NCBI GenBank assembly: GCA_910592345.1
Contig: CAJVPI010000276.1
Coordinates: 1-37,059, forward strand
Length of the DNA stretch: 37,059 nucleotides
Source of the DNA: Paraglomus brasilianum
Lineage: Eukaryota
Direction: 5' to 3'
How positions within the stretch are numbered: position 1 is the first letter of the stretch; each line of letters starts with the position of its first letter. Position numbers and translations under genes: made by a program. The notes beneath the pieces were generated by a model, which was not told where the DNA came from, made no database searches, and was given only the letters and a program-made list of their open reading frames with translations. Positions 23,201 to 35,598 of this stretch are shown in pieces.

Positions 23201-24986
23201 TGTCAAGATGTCAGAGACAGAGAATGGCAAAATTGTCATTACACAAAATCTGGATGATCTACAAGAGAAACTACTCGAGACAACTGCAGTGGCTGCTGCT
23301 CCTGCAAAAAAGGTAAAATTTCACTTTCGAAGCATGTGTGGTTGTTGGTTGTTACGTCAAAATGATTTATCTTTGTTTGCACGCATTAGGACCGACTGCG
23401 TCTATTGAATGAAGTCGTAAAGTTACTACCGTCGAATGATTTGCATTTGATACCCGGCGTGTTGAGTGAGGTCATATTATCGACAAAAGAAGCAAAGAAA
23501 ACTCGTAATGCAGCTTATGATTTGCTTGTCGTCATGGGTAATAAGATGAAGGCCGGTGGAGTTGTTGTTATGCAAGGAGTGGCAGGCGCTGACGAAATCG
23601 TTGAAGATGGTAATATATCTATATGATTAACTCTGCAAGACGTTTTTACGGTATCCCAGTTTTTTACAATTGTTTTTGAAATATATAATAGCTCCATCTA
23701 CAGTATCTGCATCTATCGATGAGTTTGTATTTTCCATGGTTGTTGCCGGACTGGCTGCAACAACGCCGTATATGATAAATGCAACAATTGCCTCGCTGTC
23801 TCGGTTGATATTCGAATTCAAAGGTAACTAATGTTGTTCAAAGAGGGTAAAAATTATCAAGCTTTAGCTAATCTCCCATGTAATCGTAGATGACCTGGAT
23901 CCTAGCTTGTTGCACAAACTTCTCGACACGATAGACAATTTTGTTCAATGTTCTACCAAGGAAATCGTTAAAGCTGCTCTGGGTTTTGTAAAAGTTGTTA
24001 TCGTCTCGTTGTCTACAGATTTCCTCTCTCCCCATCTTCAGCAAATAACCAACGGAATACTTACCTGGTCTCACGAACACAAAGGCCACTTTAAAGTTAA
24101 AGTGAGACATATGATTGAGAGATTGATTAGACGATTTGGCTACGAAGTCGTTGAAAAATGTGTTCCAGATGAAGACAAGAAACTTTTAGTCAACATTAAA
24201 AAAAGGAAAGAGCGTGCAAAGAGGAAAAAGAATAGCGAGAATATGAAAATGGAGGAGGATGAGGAAGAGGAAAAAGATAGCCAAAAAGTACAGAAAGTAC
24301 GCCGTCAGGCTTTAACGAGCGCTTACGAAGATGCTTTATATGGAAGTGAGAGTGACTTGGAAGACTCGGCCGACGAAATCGATGAACCTGCTTCACGCAA
24401 ACCCGCCAAATCAAAGAAAGACAAATCATCTTCCCGAATATGGATCAAAGAGGAAGAAGACATTCCAGTCGATTTCCTTGATCGTAGTGTCGTATCGCGT
24501 ATCATGGGTACTAACCCTCGATCGATTCGCAAGAAACCCAAAGCGTCATCAGCGTTTAAAACGACGGGTGACGGCCGTATGATAATTACAGAATCCGATA
24601 ATGAAGACAATCCTACTAGCAATGTTGCGTCAGATGTTGCCATGCAGGATGTCGAGGAACGATACCTCGAAGCTCAGCAATCCACTAATGCGTATACTCG
24701 CGGACAGGGGAATAAAATAAAATTCAAAACGAGAAAAAACGACGTGGATTTGGATGACGTTGAGCCCATAGATGCAATAGCAATTAGGAATGCAAAAAAG
24801 AAAGAGAAAAAGATGTTAGTTGGCAAGGAGTATAGAGCCAAGAGGGCTGCCGGAGATGTAAAGAGAAAGGGAAAGCCCGACCCATATGCCTATGTGCCTT
24901 TAGCTAGCGTATACAAAAAATCGGGACAAAGAGGTAGTAAGATTTCGATGGTAGCAAAGGGCAGGGTGCAGAAGAGGCGAGCATAA
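20272..24986 (+). CDS. RRP12: Ribosomal RNA processing protein Rrp12 (HEAT repeats, NUC173 domain), ~15 exons
   Basis: Starts MEGKFEKIRNQINSKLDNQKQ. Contains LPLNL..GRAWLLPLLRDHIQNTSLAYF, YETLTQQVWSLLPGFC, HFKVKVRHMIERLIRRFG and C-terminal GKEYRAKRAAGDVKRKGKPDPYAYVPL. Confidence 0.95.
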
Positions 24987-25508
24987 ATGGCGCCATTCAT
25001 ATTAATCTGTATCGATTGTCAAGAGTGTTTCAAATTATGTGGACACTAATAATGGATCTTTTTAGTTCCATTTGTCAAAATTAAAAAAAACCAGTAATGC
25101 TAATGTTATAGTCAAAGACGAACGTTCGCAAAATTGCAATAAATTGAATAATAAGCAGAGGGGATCCATAACTTCGTCACTGCTTTTTCGACCGTGAGTA
25201 AAATGGACGAATTTGCTCTCAATAGTCTTATTGCGACAATAAGCGTGGGACGCCGATTCGCATATTAATGCTTGATATATTAATTATTAATATAAACTAT
25301 TCCAAGACTTTTTTCATTCAACAAATGATTGTCCTTCGGTAATGATTGTAGTACAAACGCACAATTTGAAGTATACAATAGAATACAATAACAAGGGAAT
25401 AAGTACAATGGAATTTATACTATTATAAATAAAGAGTGGGTTTGCCACAGACTCGACTCGCTCAGACTCTTTCACATTTAATACTCTTGTCGCGTTAAAA
25501 CATCACAA

Positions 25509-25898
25509 ATGACATCGTTGACTCAAGGGCCCCTCTGTCAACCGATCCACTATGGAACATCCACACCGTGCAGAATATCACCGTTCCTCAAGTATCCCGA
25601 TTTTCCCGTTAGGGTGCAGTGTCCGCACTGCAAACAATTCGTAACGACAGACGTCAGATATCGCAATGGAGTATGCACATATTTACTGGCATCGGGTCTG
25701 TTGGTCACAACGGTGATATTATTCTGGGTACCATTCTATCTTAAAGCGACAAAAGGTAAGAAGATTTCATTATTTTCGAAGCAAACCTATACTTTATTGT
25801 GAGCCAGTATCGTAACAGTATATCGTTATTTGTTTACAGATGTAAGACATGTCTGTCCGCATTGCTTCAATAATCTCGGAGTAAAACACCGTCTTTAG
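25509..25898 (+). CDS. LITAF/zf-LITAF-like membrane-associated Zn-ribbon protein (2 exons)
   Basis: Exon 1 (25509-25755) gives PVRVQCPHCKQFVTT plus hydrophobic LLASGLLVTTVILFWVPF. Exon 2 gives DVRHVCPHCFNNLGVKHRL*. Split CxxC...HxCxxC around a hydrophobic segment. TATAAATA at ~25423. Confidence 0.92.
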
Positions 25899-26784
25899 TC
25901 TTGTCTTGGATAGATCAACTATATAGACAATAGAACATTTAACTAATATTAATGAATCACCCAAGACTGCCATCGTCAACGGAAGCTTTTACCCCTTCTA
26001 ATACGCACGTTCAGCGAGTCTATTAAATCATCGTTTACATATTAATACTAAATTTACTTAGAGATAAGGTAATACCTAATTTCATATTCAAAGTATTCGT
26101 TATAACACGTAATAGTAAGAGTAATTAAATCACAATATAACGTCTTAATAAAAACCAATATGTCCTAAGATTCGGTAAATAATACTACCTGTACGCCCTT
26201 CTCCCCAACTTGGTATTTTTCATCTCGTGAAAATTTGTCATTGTGTAAAAGTGATTGTTGATTTTAGCGCTGACCTATTGTTGTATATGTATGACATCCA
26301 TTAACATTTGAAGATGATATCACATTTGAAAAATGATCGTCGTTTATATTGTATTGCGTGATCAAAAAGGTCACTTGACCGTGCAAAAAACAATATATCG
26401 ATTGATGAATGCGAAGCGGAACGGCACCTTGGATTCTTTCCTAGATTGACGTAATCGATATAACAAGAAATAAATACAATAAAGGCGTGTTTAGCCCTAA
26501 CCACATTTAACCAGTTTCCCGAATTTAATTATAACAAGACAATTTATTTGACTATTATCATTTTAATACAATATTGCACGTTACGATTAAGAAGATTGCA
26601 TTATTATTATCAGCAAACTCGCCTTTTATCTCTAGCCAGCTTCAGGGACAGATCAGTAGTCACTGAATTAGTCCCTTAAACTCGTTCCACCTTCGCAAGT
26701 GTCCTGTTGGATCCAATCACACAGCAAACCCATTAGAGAAGAGAAAAAAGGGAAGAAGAAAAATAAAAAAGCATATAGGGTTAG

Positions 26785-27315
26785 TACAAGTGGCTCTCGA
26801 TATAAGAAAGTGATCGGGCCCAACAAATTCCTTTCTTAACAAATGTTATTATGTAATATTATTGGTTTTTTTAAATAAAAATCGATTTGTTTAGTGCAAA
26901 AATTTGCAAGTTGGACTTAAAATCTGGACATAAGGAATATAAACTAACTAAAGAAAGCTTTATCAAGTTTTAAATATAGAAGTTTAAAACAGTACAATAA
27001 CATTATTACCGCATTACTGCATACTATTACTATGAGACTTAGAAAAGAACTTACTTCGGAACAGAAGGGAAGCATTATTGCATGCAATAAATTTTGTAAA
27101 CATGCCATTTACTATATAATATTTATAAATTAGAAAAAATGGCTGGCAGCAATTCCAAAGGAAACATATCGTAATTTGGGGCAGACTGCAACAAAACCAG
27201 ACAAAGTGAACATTCTATTATGTGACATAAATGAGAGGCTAATTATGATGTGGCTGTAAAATTGACCAGGGTGACTGATGATGTTTTAAAAAGTAATGGT
27301 GCATGGACTTGTTAA
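26785..27315 (+). mobile_element. Internally deleted Tc1/mariner transposon remnant
   Basis: TA|CAAGTGGCTCTCGATATAA TIR at 26785-26805. ATG 27032 begins MRLRKELTSEQKGSIIAC (Tc1 N-terminal HTH-like). WLAAIPKETYRNLGQ (27140) and RVTDDVLKSNGAWTC* (to 27315) resemble the Tc1 C-terminal W..IP.E...L..SMP.R...VI...GG.TKY. No DDE core remains. Confidence 0.65.
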
Positions 27316-28060
27316 TTTTAATGTTCACTTTATAATCGCCAATTCTGGACATTATATATCAAGCATTTGTTAACTTTTTTTGTGTTTTTATTTTGTTTTC
27401 AAAATATCACAGAGATCGCTGCATGTATTTCTAGAAGGTTATTGCAGAGTTCTCGATCAGTTTTAATATTATTTGTTAGATCTACTTCTAAAAAAGTTAG
27501 GAGAAATGAGTTATGATACTTTTACATCATAGCACGGAAAATCAGATCAAGTTATCCAATTTAATTATTCTAATAATAGCCTCTTGGCAAGATCTGCAAG
27601 TCACATTGCTGGCCCGCATTCTGTTTATTCAGCCAAAGAAAGTCACGGCCAATAATTTTCTGTTTACATAAAATTTCGAAAGCAATCAGGGTTAATTTTG
27701 GAAAGCTGAGATAAACCTGTATAAAAAAAAATTTTTTTTAAATAGATTTAATAAAAGAACAAATTATTTAATTAATATTTTTTGGTCATAAACTTTTACC
27801 ATAATGGCTGTTTTTGTGTTTTGACTTTTACACCAATATCAAATTTGCTACTTTTTGTCAATATGTTGATCCATAATGACACTTAGTCTTTATCTAGCTA
27901 TTATTAATACATATGTATAATTGTGAATTAATAATAGACAACGTTTGAGATTGTATAAGCATATATGCGTTCGAATTTTAATGGAAGAGCAAATTGCGTG
28001 GCCCTGCTGAGAGGGGGATTTTCACACTTTAGCTCGTACCTCTGCCTTTACTACAACTAT

Positions 28061-28770
28061 TGCTTATCTAAGGCTGAGACTAAAGTTACAAGTGACTATA
28101 TTTAATTATATGCGCGCGTCTTTTCACTCCCTATACGATGTAAACCGTATTTACTCGTATCTAAGCAAGGGTACCTACGATATTACGTGTATAACAACAA
28201 CAATCATAATAACGCAGAATCAAAGGGAAAATTTAAATACTAATTTAACAAGGGCTGTCTTCGATTTAGTATATTGACTGCCAGTCGGAAAATGTCACTT
28301 ATTCCTAATTAAACAACAAATAATCATAATTGTTCGCCGAATCTCTAATTAGCGTCAATGGTGGCTTTTCAGTCCTTTCTCCAGACTGTCCAGTTCTCCT
28401 AACAATTCGATAAAACTATCAAGTCACGTAGGCGCAATGACAATTAGTATCTTGAACGATAGAAAGAAAGAAAATTGAGATAATGATCAAGATTAATGTA
28501 ATACTTTATTTAATACTTCAGTATCAAATATTAGTTAATTATTCAAATTATCGAAACTTCAGACATCGAACATGAGTTTTAGGTGTTGGGAAGAGGTTGC
28601 TTATATAATTTGTTGTCACCATAAAAATGTCCACATTACTGACTAATTTAGCTAAATTATTTGCACTTGTGCTGTCATTGAAAAATTGTGTCCGAACGTC
28701 ACACGGTCGATCAATGAAATTACTCTAAAAATTAGTTCTCAGGGGGTATTGTTTGACTGCGGAGGAGGAA
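28061..28770. repeat. Diverged direct repeat, copy 1 (homologous to ~35599-36240)
   Basis: Colinear shared blocks TTACAAGTGAC, CTCCCTATACGATGTA (28127-28142), GTACCTAYGATA, TCTTCGATT, AGTCGGAA, AATTAAACAACAA, GAAAGAAAGAAA, TTATTTAATA and TGCGGARGA. Confidence 0.75.
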
Positions 28771-28776
28771 TTTGCC

Positions 28777-29021
28777 ATTTGCTTTAAATATTCTCTTTCC
28801 ATTTCCTTATATTTTTTCTCTTATCTCGCGCTCCAGCACTGCTCTCCAGAAATTTCAAGACGACATTCTTCAAATATTCAATATTAATGTCTTGTCTCTT
28901 TTCCATCCGATCCGTTCTCCTAATTTTTTCTTTTACTTTTTCCTGTTCTTCGAGTTGTTTCATTGTGGTCTATCATTCAAAGGTTCAGCAAGATGTTGAA
29001 TCTTTAACATTTGTTCTTTTT
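28777..29021 (-). pseudogene. Decayed duplicate of one exon plus intron part of the GRIP golgin locus (32747-33002)
   Basis: Near-colinear with 32747-33002, e.g. CTCCAGCACTGCTCTCCAGAAATTTCAAGACRACATTCTTCAAATATTCAATA. It has several indels, and the GT donor is mutated (plus-strand cttac>cttat). Confidence 0.88.
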
Positions 29022-29904
29022 GGAATCTTATTGTTGCTACAGAAATGGATAGACAGTTTCTAAACCATTTACAGCATCATAGACATGAACTATTCATGAC
29101 TTTTCCATTGACATTAATATTAAATTTATCCAAACATAAAACATTTATTACTGATGACATCACCCTTTTGTCATTTGTCTTATATCCTAGACATCATATG
29201 TAACACATAGTGCCGAAAGGGTGAAATACATTATATGGGAAATGGAAAATCTGTGCAATGCATTTTATGGAGGGTGTGAATTCATCAACACCGGCCATTA
29301 GGGTATATTTTTTTCCACAAGTTAACTCTTGTCACAGAATAAAAATGTTCACATCGTCTGGGTTTTGTTGCAGTATGCCCCATTAAGCATGTAAAATTTG
29401 TGATCAAAAACTAATCCTTAATTTTCTAAAGCACTGTAAATTTCATTCTATATTACGATATAGATATTAATATTCCTGGAGAGTTTAATTAAAAATGTAA
29501 GATGTAATTTTTCTCCCTGTTTCTTTTTTCTAATATTGCTATACTTTTTGGTATAATCAGGTTTTCATATAGTAATAGTAGTAGTAGGGTAGGTTGATAT
29601 GAAATATATTACTGATATAGTGATAATAACAATTACAAGTAAAACATTTATCTTGAATAAGATTACATTTTGATATCAAATTAACAGATTTAAAATGCAA
29701 TTGAAATTTATCAATAAATTCGGATATGGGCCAAAGTTGTGTGCCACTAATACTAAATTGAAGCTAAAAATTAGCTATCTTAGCTAGTCTTTCAGCTATA
29801 CTAGCAGTTTGGCTTACATAACAAAATGTCTGGCAGTATCTGTATAATATACAGTATATAATTATAACAACAAATAAAGAGAATTTAATATAATAATAAT
29901 AACT

Positions 29905-30912
29905 TCACCATGTATAAATGTGTCTTCTTACATGCCCAGACCAATTGTTAACAAGTTCATACACAGCCCAACCACTAGAAACTGAATTGTTGCTGATACT
30001 AGAATAACTGGTTGTAACTGTAGTGCTATTCCTTAATGTAGCTGTTTCTGATTCTTCAATTTCTTCCCTCACAATATGACGTTCGATGATAACATAAACA
30101 GAAAATAACATACTCCATAGAGCTACCCAAAAAAGTAAAAGTGAAATTGAATTGACTTGATTCTGTAACATATAGAAAGAAGTATAGAAAAAAGTCTTAC
30201 GCATAATGGAATCTGTACTATTTTCAACAATTGTACCTTTTACGCAACAACTCATCATTAAACATATAACTGCCATTACAACGATAAAAGTAAAATGGCA
30301 CACGAACTTGAACAACATTACTGTAACGTAAATGCTTATCGGAAACCCCAATAAAGCAGCTGCTCCTGTGCACCATGCGTAAAAAACTGGGTTGGAATAA
30401 AAAGATAACAATATTATGAAGAAGAAAAAAATAAACATTTCAGACAGAACTAAAAAAGCGATTATTATATCATTAAAATTTCCCATTGCATCTACGAATA
30501 AAGGTGGGAAAATTGCCATTATGAGCAACATCGAGATCATAATGGTATTTACTGCCATTGGCGTATTAGTATTTGTTGTGTATGTGCAAATTAGCCACGC
30601 TGTTATAATGACAGCGAGGAGTGAACCACAAAAAGCTATTGTAACGATTGTGAGCTTAGTGAAGCCTTGCGTCGCGTAAAAGAATAGTGGCGGAAAAATT
30701 AACGAGGCGAATATCTCCAAGGTTATACAGATTCCTTGCCTCAACCTTCTAAATTGAGGTATTGGCACAAACGCAGTTGAAAGAATCGCACTGGCGACGA
30801 TGTAGGGAATATATTCTTTCGCCTCGAAGTTAAACATATCAGAAAGTGGTAATCTTGCCGATAAGTTAGGCAACAAACAAGTTAAGAATATGAAGAAAAA
30901 TGGTTCCTCCAT
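29905..30912 (-). CDS. Intronless orphan multi-pass membrane protein (335 aa, ~8-9 hydrophobic segments)
   Basis: A 1008-bp ATG-to-TGA ORF in very AT-rich DNA with alternating hydrophobic segments and a polar Ser/Thr-rich C-terminal tail. No family recognised. Confidence 0.7.
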   Translation of the reverse strand: MEEPFFFIFLTCLLPNLSARLPLSDMFNFEAKEYIPYIVASAILSTAFVPIPQFRRLRQGICITLEIFASLIFPPLFFYATQGFTKLTIVTIAFCGSLLAVIITAWLICTYTTNTNTPMAVNTIMISMLLIMAIFPPLFVDAMGNFNDIIIAFLVLSEMFIFFFFIILLSFYSNPVFYAWCTGAAALLGFPISIYVTVMLFKFVCHFTFIVVMAVICLMMSCCVKGTIVENSTDSIMRKTFFYTSFYMLQNQVNSISLLLFWVALWSMLFSVYVIIERHIVREEIEESETATLRNSTTVTTSYSSISNNSVSSGWAVYELVNNWSGHVRRHIYTW

Positions 30913-31644
30913 TGCTCAGTTTTCAAAACCTCTAAAAGAAAGAGAAGATAATCGTAACAATGAGATTTTGTAAGTATAATACAAAATGCATGTGCGACCT
31001 TTGTGTGTTAGCTTAAGAAGCAGAATATTTGAATCTCAAGTTAAGTAATGACTGTTTTTCCTATCATCGATACTCACCGAATTTATACTATGTCTTGGAT
31101 CTGCTGGTGGTTGTTTTTGACCAAATCGCAGCCTGGCCAATTTCGAAAACGGGTCATTCCAAATCGAAATAAGCCTAGTTATATTAATTCGAATTTGTCA
31201 CACAATTTTCACAATGTTGGACAGATACTTTTTTTCCTTTGTTATAACGGGCCGTGTGTAGTGTTGTTCACATAGTCACATTACCTAACACCAAGTAGAA
31301 AAATTTCCAATTTTGTATCATTGTGACGATTGACGATTGACGATTAACATATTTATATATCCGTATGCTTATACCCATTACTATGTTCAAAAATAAAAAA
31401 ACAAAAGCTGCTCTGTGAACTACCACCATTTGGTAAGTTTAATTTTGGAATGCGATGTTACTCCTGATCAACAAAAAATGTTTGTAATTTCGTGTACAAT
31501 TTATAATAATATTTTGTTTTAGAATAACATACGAATACATGATTACTTGATAATAATAAACAGTGTAAAAAAAATATTTTTTTTGCAGATTACGATTGCA
31601 AACAACGATAAATACAATGATATTAATAAGTAAATAGTCGTAGT

Positions 31645-31700
31645 AGTGGGAGGCATTCATTTCGCCGACAATCATTTCACCGACAAAATTTCCTCCCACT
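31645..31700. repeat. 56-bp inverted-repeat element with internal CATTTCRCCGACAA direct repeats (MITE-like remnant)
   Basis: AGTGGGAGG (31645-31653) and CCTCCCACT (31692-31700) are perfect inverted repeats enclosing CATTTCGCCGACAA and CATTTCACCGACAA. Confidence 0.55.
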
Positions 31701-32463
31701 TATGGCAGGGGAGTGTACGTACATGAAGTATCGGAAACCCGTGTCAGAATTACTCTTTAACAATTTTTTTAAATGGTAACATTGCATTTCCTAATTTTAA
31801 CGTTTTTCATTGAATAGAAGTCGGTTCTAGGTAGATTCGTAACATTATTATCTAACATGTTTCAATTTCTTGATCTATAAATTCAGTATTAATTTACGCC
31901 CAGTAATCTTGTTTAATCGTAAATGTGGGGGATAGGTCGGTATGGCAATGGGTAATTCATGTCATCAATATGTGGGCAATAAATGTTGTTAGAATCCTGG
32001 CCGCGTAAAATGTGAACGTCGTTCTGGCTTTCGATCCTGCGGCTGATTCACAATTTATGCACGTAATCGAAAATTTGATTAAAGAATATCACGTTTCGGG
32101 ATCGAAATTCACGTCCACGAAAGCGCATCTGAAAACAATCTGTTGATGGGAATAATCTCATTACGCATTCCCATAAAAGAGAAATAAAAATTTTACATTA
32201 AATGAGCGGCAGAAAATATCTCTTCCTTCTAATCGCTAATTTTCATGGTTTCCTCTGATTTTGTAACTTCAAAATTAATACAAAAATGCATATCTAAATT
32301 AAAAATCCAAGTTCCAAACTCTCAAGCTGATTATAGTTTCTCAATGTCAGTTCTCTTAACGCCTTATACGATCGCTTTCTATCGAATTAATAATAATTAG
32401 CGTTGATAGTCTATAATTGAAAAACATCTTTTTGTAACATGTCAACATAAGTAAAATTCCCAT

Positions 32464-34560
32464 TCATAAAACACCATATCCCAACATAACCGGACTTCCA
32501 GGACCATTGTCAACAGCATTCTCTTTAAGACTTTTGGCTTCTTCAGGACTTAATTGAAGAATTGTAGATATCACGGAACCAGATACTAAACAAGTGAAAA
32601 ATGATATGATCAAACGTCGTTGGAAATAGAGAATCGTTAATTGAATGGCCACAGCAGTCATTTGCTAACGACTATCAAGCTTGATAATTCATGAATCGAC
32701 ACACTCTCATTCTCATTATCATTTTTCAACCATGTCATAACAACCTATTTTGCTTCAAACATTCTCCTTCCCATTGCCTTATATCTTTTCTCTTACCTCC
32801 CGTTCTCCAGCACTGCTCTCCAGAAATTTCAAGACAACATTCTTCAAATATTCAATACTCATGTCTTGTCTTTTTTCCATCCGATCCATTCTCCTAATCT
32901 CTTCTTTTAATAATTTTTCCTGTTCTTCGAGTCGTTTCCCTGTGGCTTCACTATCATTCAAAAGTTCAGCAAGGTGTTGAATCTTTAATGCTTGTTCTTT
33001 TTCACGCTCTTGGGAAGAAGCCAATTTTGGCTCTGTATCCGAAAGGAGGTCCGAAAGTGAAGCTAGAAGCAACAAGAATGGAAATAGAGAACATGCGAAT
33101 ACAACACAAATTTGTGGTCAGTGTTGATAAACGTATATTTGAACAATTAGCAACAATTCCCCCAAATTCTCCCCGCAACAACCCAACTCTTCAAACCATT
33201 AGTCCCTCGCTATAAAAAACTTACAATACGACCCGCTAGCCCGTTTATTCGTGATCGAAGGTGAGGCTGGTTGACTCTCAGTCCTTGGCGTTATATGTCT
33301 TTCTTCCCTCACCAACGGACTAATTGGTCGTGGTTTTCGTGATAACAATTGCTTTTGAGCCTCATTCAACTGTTCAGTGCGCTCAGCAAGCTGTGCGCGA
33401 AGGTGGTGAGTTCTTCGTCCAGGTGCTAAACATTGGGTGGGAAAAGGAAAGAAATGTAAAGTGTTGAAGAATCGAGTTCGGCGTGAATATTAGGGTTGAC
33501 AGCATTTAAAATAAACATATTTTGCGCAAATGGCAAATAAACCCTAAGGAATAATGCCTGCGTAGACATTTACAAATGTAATTACAATAAATCACCTTAT
33601 TCATCTCTTGTAAGTGTTCATTCTCATCTTGTTGCTTTATAAGATTTGACTGAACTTGACCTGTTGTCTTTTCAAGCCTCTCTTCAAACTCTCGTATGCT
33701 TTCCTCATACTTCTGCTCAGTCTTTCTCAATTCTACGTTTTATAAAATACAAACACACGACCTCAACTTGACGCGTTTGCTCAACACCTTAAAACATGGA
33801 TATTCATCATCGAATGTTTTTATTACCCACCTTCTCTAACATGTTCCTTTTCTTCCGAAGCACTTTTCAACAATTACCACTAATTCGGCGTTTTGCCTAG
33901 CCGATCGCTGCGATCTTTGCAACTCCTGTTCCAAGCGAACATTCTGTTCGGATACGCGTAAGAGTTCTTTCTCGGCAAGTTTTAATTTTTCTTGCGTTTG
34001 TCGAAGTTCTAATAATTTGTGACTAGAGTATTAGAATGTCGATGAAAAATAGGAACATTAGAGATTAAAGAAACAGGCGGAAGGGGGGAGAAGATAAACA
34101 GAAATGATGATAAAATGAAAATATTTCTTGTATTGTCCATAGGTCTAAGAACAATGGAACGCAATAATCTTGATACTTTTTCCATAACCCAGACGACAAT
34201 ATCATTGCTAACCTAAGTTCTCCCTGCAGTTTCTTAACTTGTGTTTGTAAATCAGACGTCTTTGCATCAGTTATAGCGCTTATCGTTGTATTAGTATCTG
34301 AATTTTTTTCTTGTAACAGTGCATGTGTGCTCGTTGTTTATATTGCTGAAATTCTTCCTTTGTCTGATTGAGTTGCTGGGTCGTTTGACGAAGTTCCGAT
34401 TCCTATCAAAGATTCAGGGCATATAAGCAAAGGAATCTTACAATGTATACACATATACGATAACTGTGCTGACGCATAATATTGCTTGTGTGCTATTTAT
34501 TAAAATCGCTTACCATTTGTTTGATTTGAGTGGTATACATTGCAACTGCCTTCCTCCATT
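32464..34560 (-). pseudogene. GCC185/GCC2-like GRIP-domain coiled-coil golgin, 5'-truncated with four frameshifts
   Basis: Seven exon-like blocks encode coiled coil (KEEFQQYKQRAHALLQEK; HLAELLNDSEATGKRLEEQEKLLKEEIRRMDR) and a GRIP domain (IEYLKNVVLKFLESSAGERE|YLVP/VISTILQLSPEE). Frame breaks occur at ~34325, ~33875, ~33402 and ~32575. No upstream coiled-coil exons are seen beyond ~34560. Confidence 0.8.
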
Positions 34561-35024
34561 TTGAAAAGAAAGTAGTGGTGGTATTTTTATAATCTTCGGA
34601 ATGAAAATAATTATTCAATATACGTTGTTACTGTTGACAGAATGCGGTTCAGTTCTTCCAATGTAAAGTGGCCAAAACTTTATGCTTAGACACTCTAAAT
34701 CTCTAATTATTAGTAATGTCTGAAAATAACCACTGCCTTATTCCTTATTCTCGGGTGAAAATTCACTTTGTCACACAACAATACTGCGGCGATATCCGCA
34801 CTGAGCATAATTATAATTATCCCATTGTCTACCATTTTGTAGGGCTGAAATAGCCTGTCGATGCGTTCATTAATCTAGTAATACTAATAGCTATTCTATG
34901 ACCTCACTATTTTCTTGCTTGTTTTGACTATATATATGCATTAGCGACCTCTTATTGCTAGCTTGGGATTTGCTCAGGCATATTGGACAGAAATTTTTAA
35001 AAATTTGCAATCTATGATAATCAG

Positions 35025-35112
35025 GTTGTGTGTTAGAGATACAAAAATTTTTTCTTGCACATTTAACTGGAAATTGTGTGTTAAAGAAACAGAATTTTTT
35101 GCTTGCACATTT
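35025..35112. repeat. Imperfect tandem repeat, ~48-bp period, 2 copies
   Basis: TTGTGTGTTAGAGATACAAAAATTTTTTCTTGCACATTTA versus TTGTGTGTTAAAGAAACAGAATTTTTTGCTTGCACATTTA. Confidence 0.8.
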
Positions 35113-35598
35113 ATATAATTGGAAATATTGTATGATATGAATATGAAGTGGTCACATGGTGATGCATCACCGTTTGTTTTGTTTGCATATAATAATAATA
35201 GTAAATTTAATTTGTAAGGCTTGCAGATATAAAATAACAGTGAAAAAGAATAATGCCGAGAGACATCATCACCTAATTTTAAACTCATTGTTCATCAGAG
35301 ACCACTGCATTACGAAGTCAATTCTCCAGACTAATATCAAGTTTTTTGTTAAACACAATGATTGTCAATATCAAAAGAAATTTGTTATGTGTTAAGGGTG
35401 CTGGCTACTGCTGACAGGCAATGACAAAAAATAGACCATAACGAGCTATTTATATTGTTTTCTTTGTCTATTACATAATTATCTTAATAATTATAAATAT
35501 AGTCGCGGTCGGCAGTCTGGGTTGTGAGAGAATAATCTTTCGCGTAGGCGTGTTCGCCGACAGGGATGTTTTAATTTAGCTGTCCTTATTTCGGTGAT

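Noticed and set aside
18056..24643. Antisense and alternative-frame ORFs over the TPR and RRP12 genes
   Set aside because: Shadow ORFs of real coding exons.
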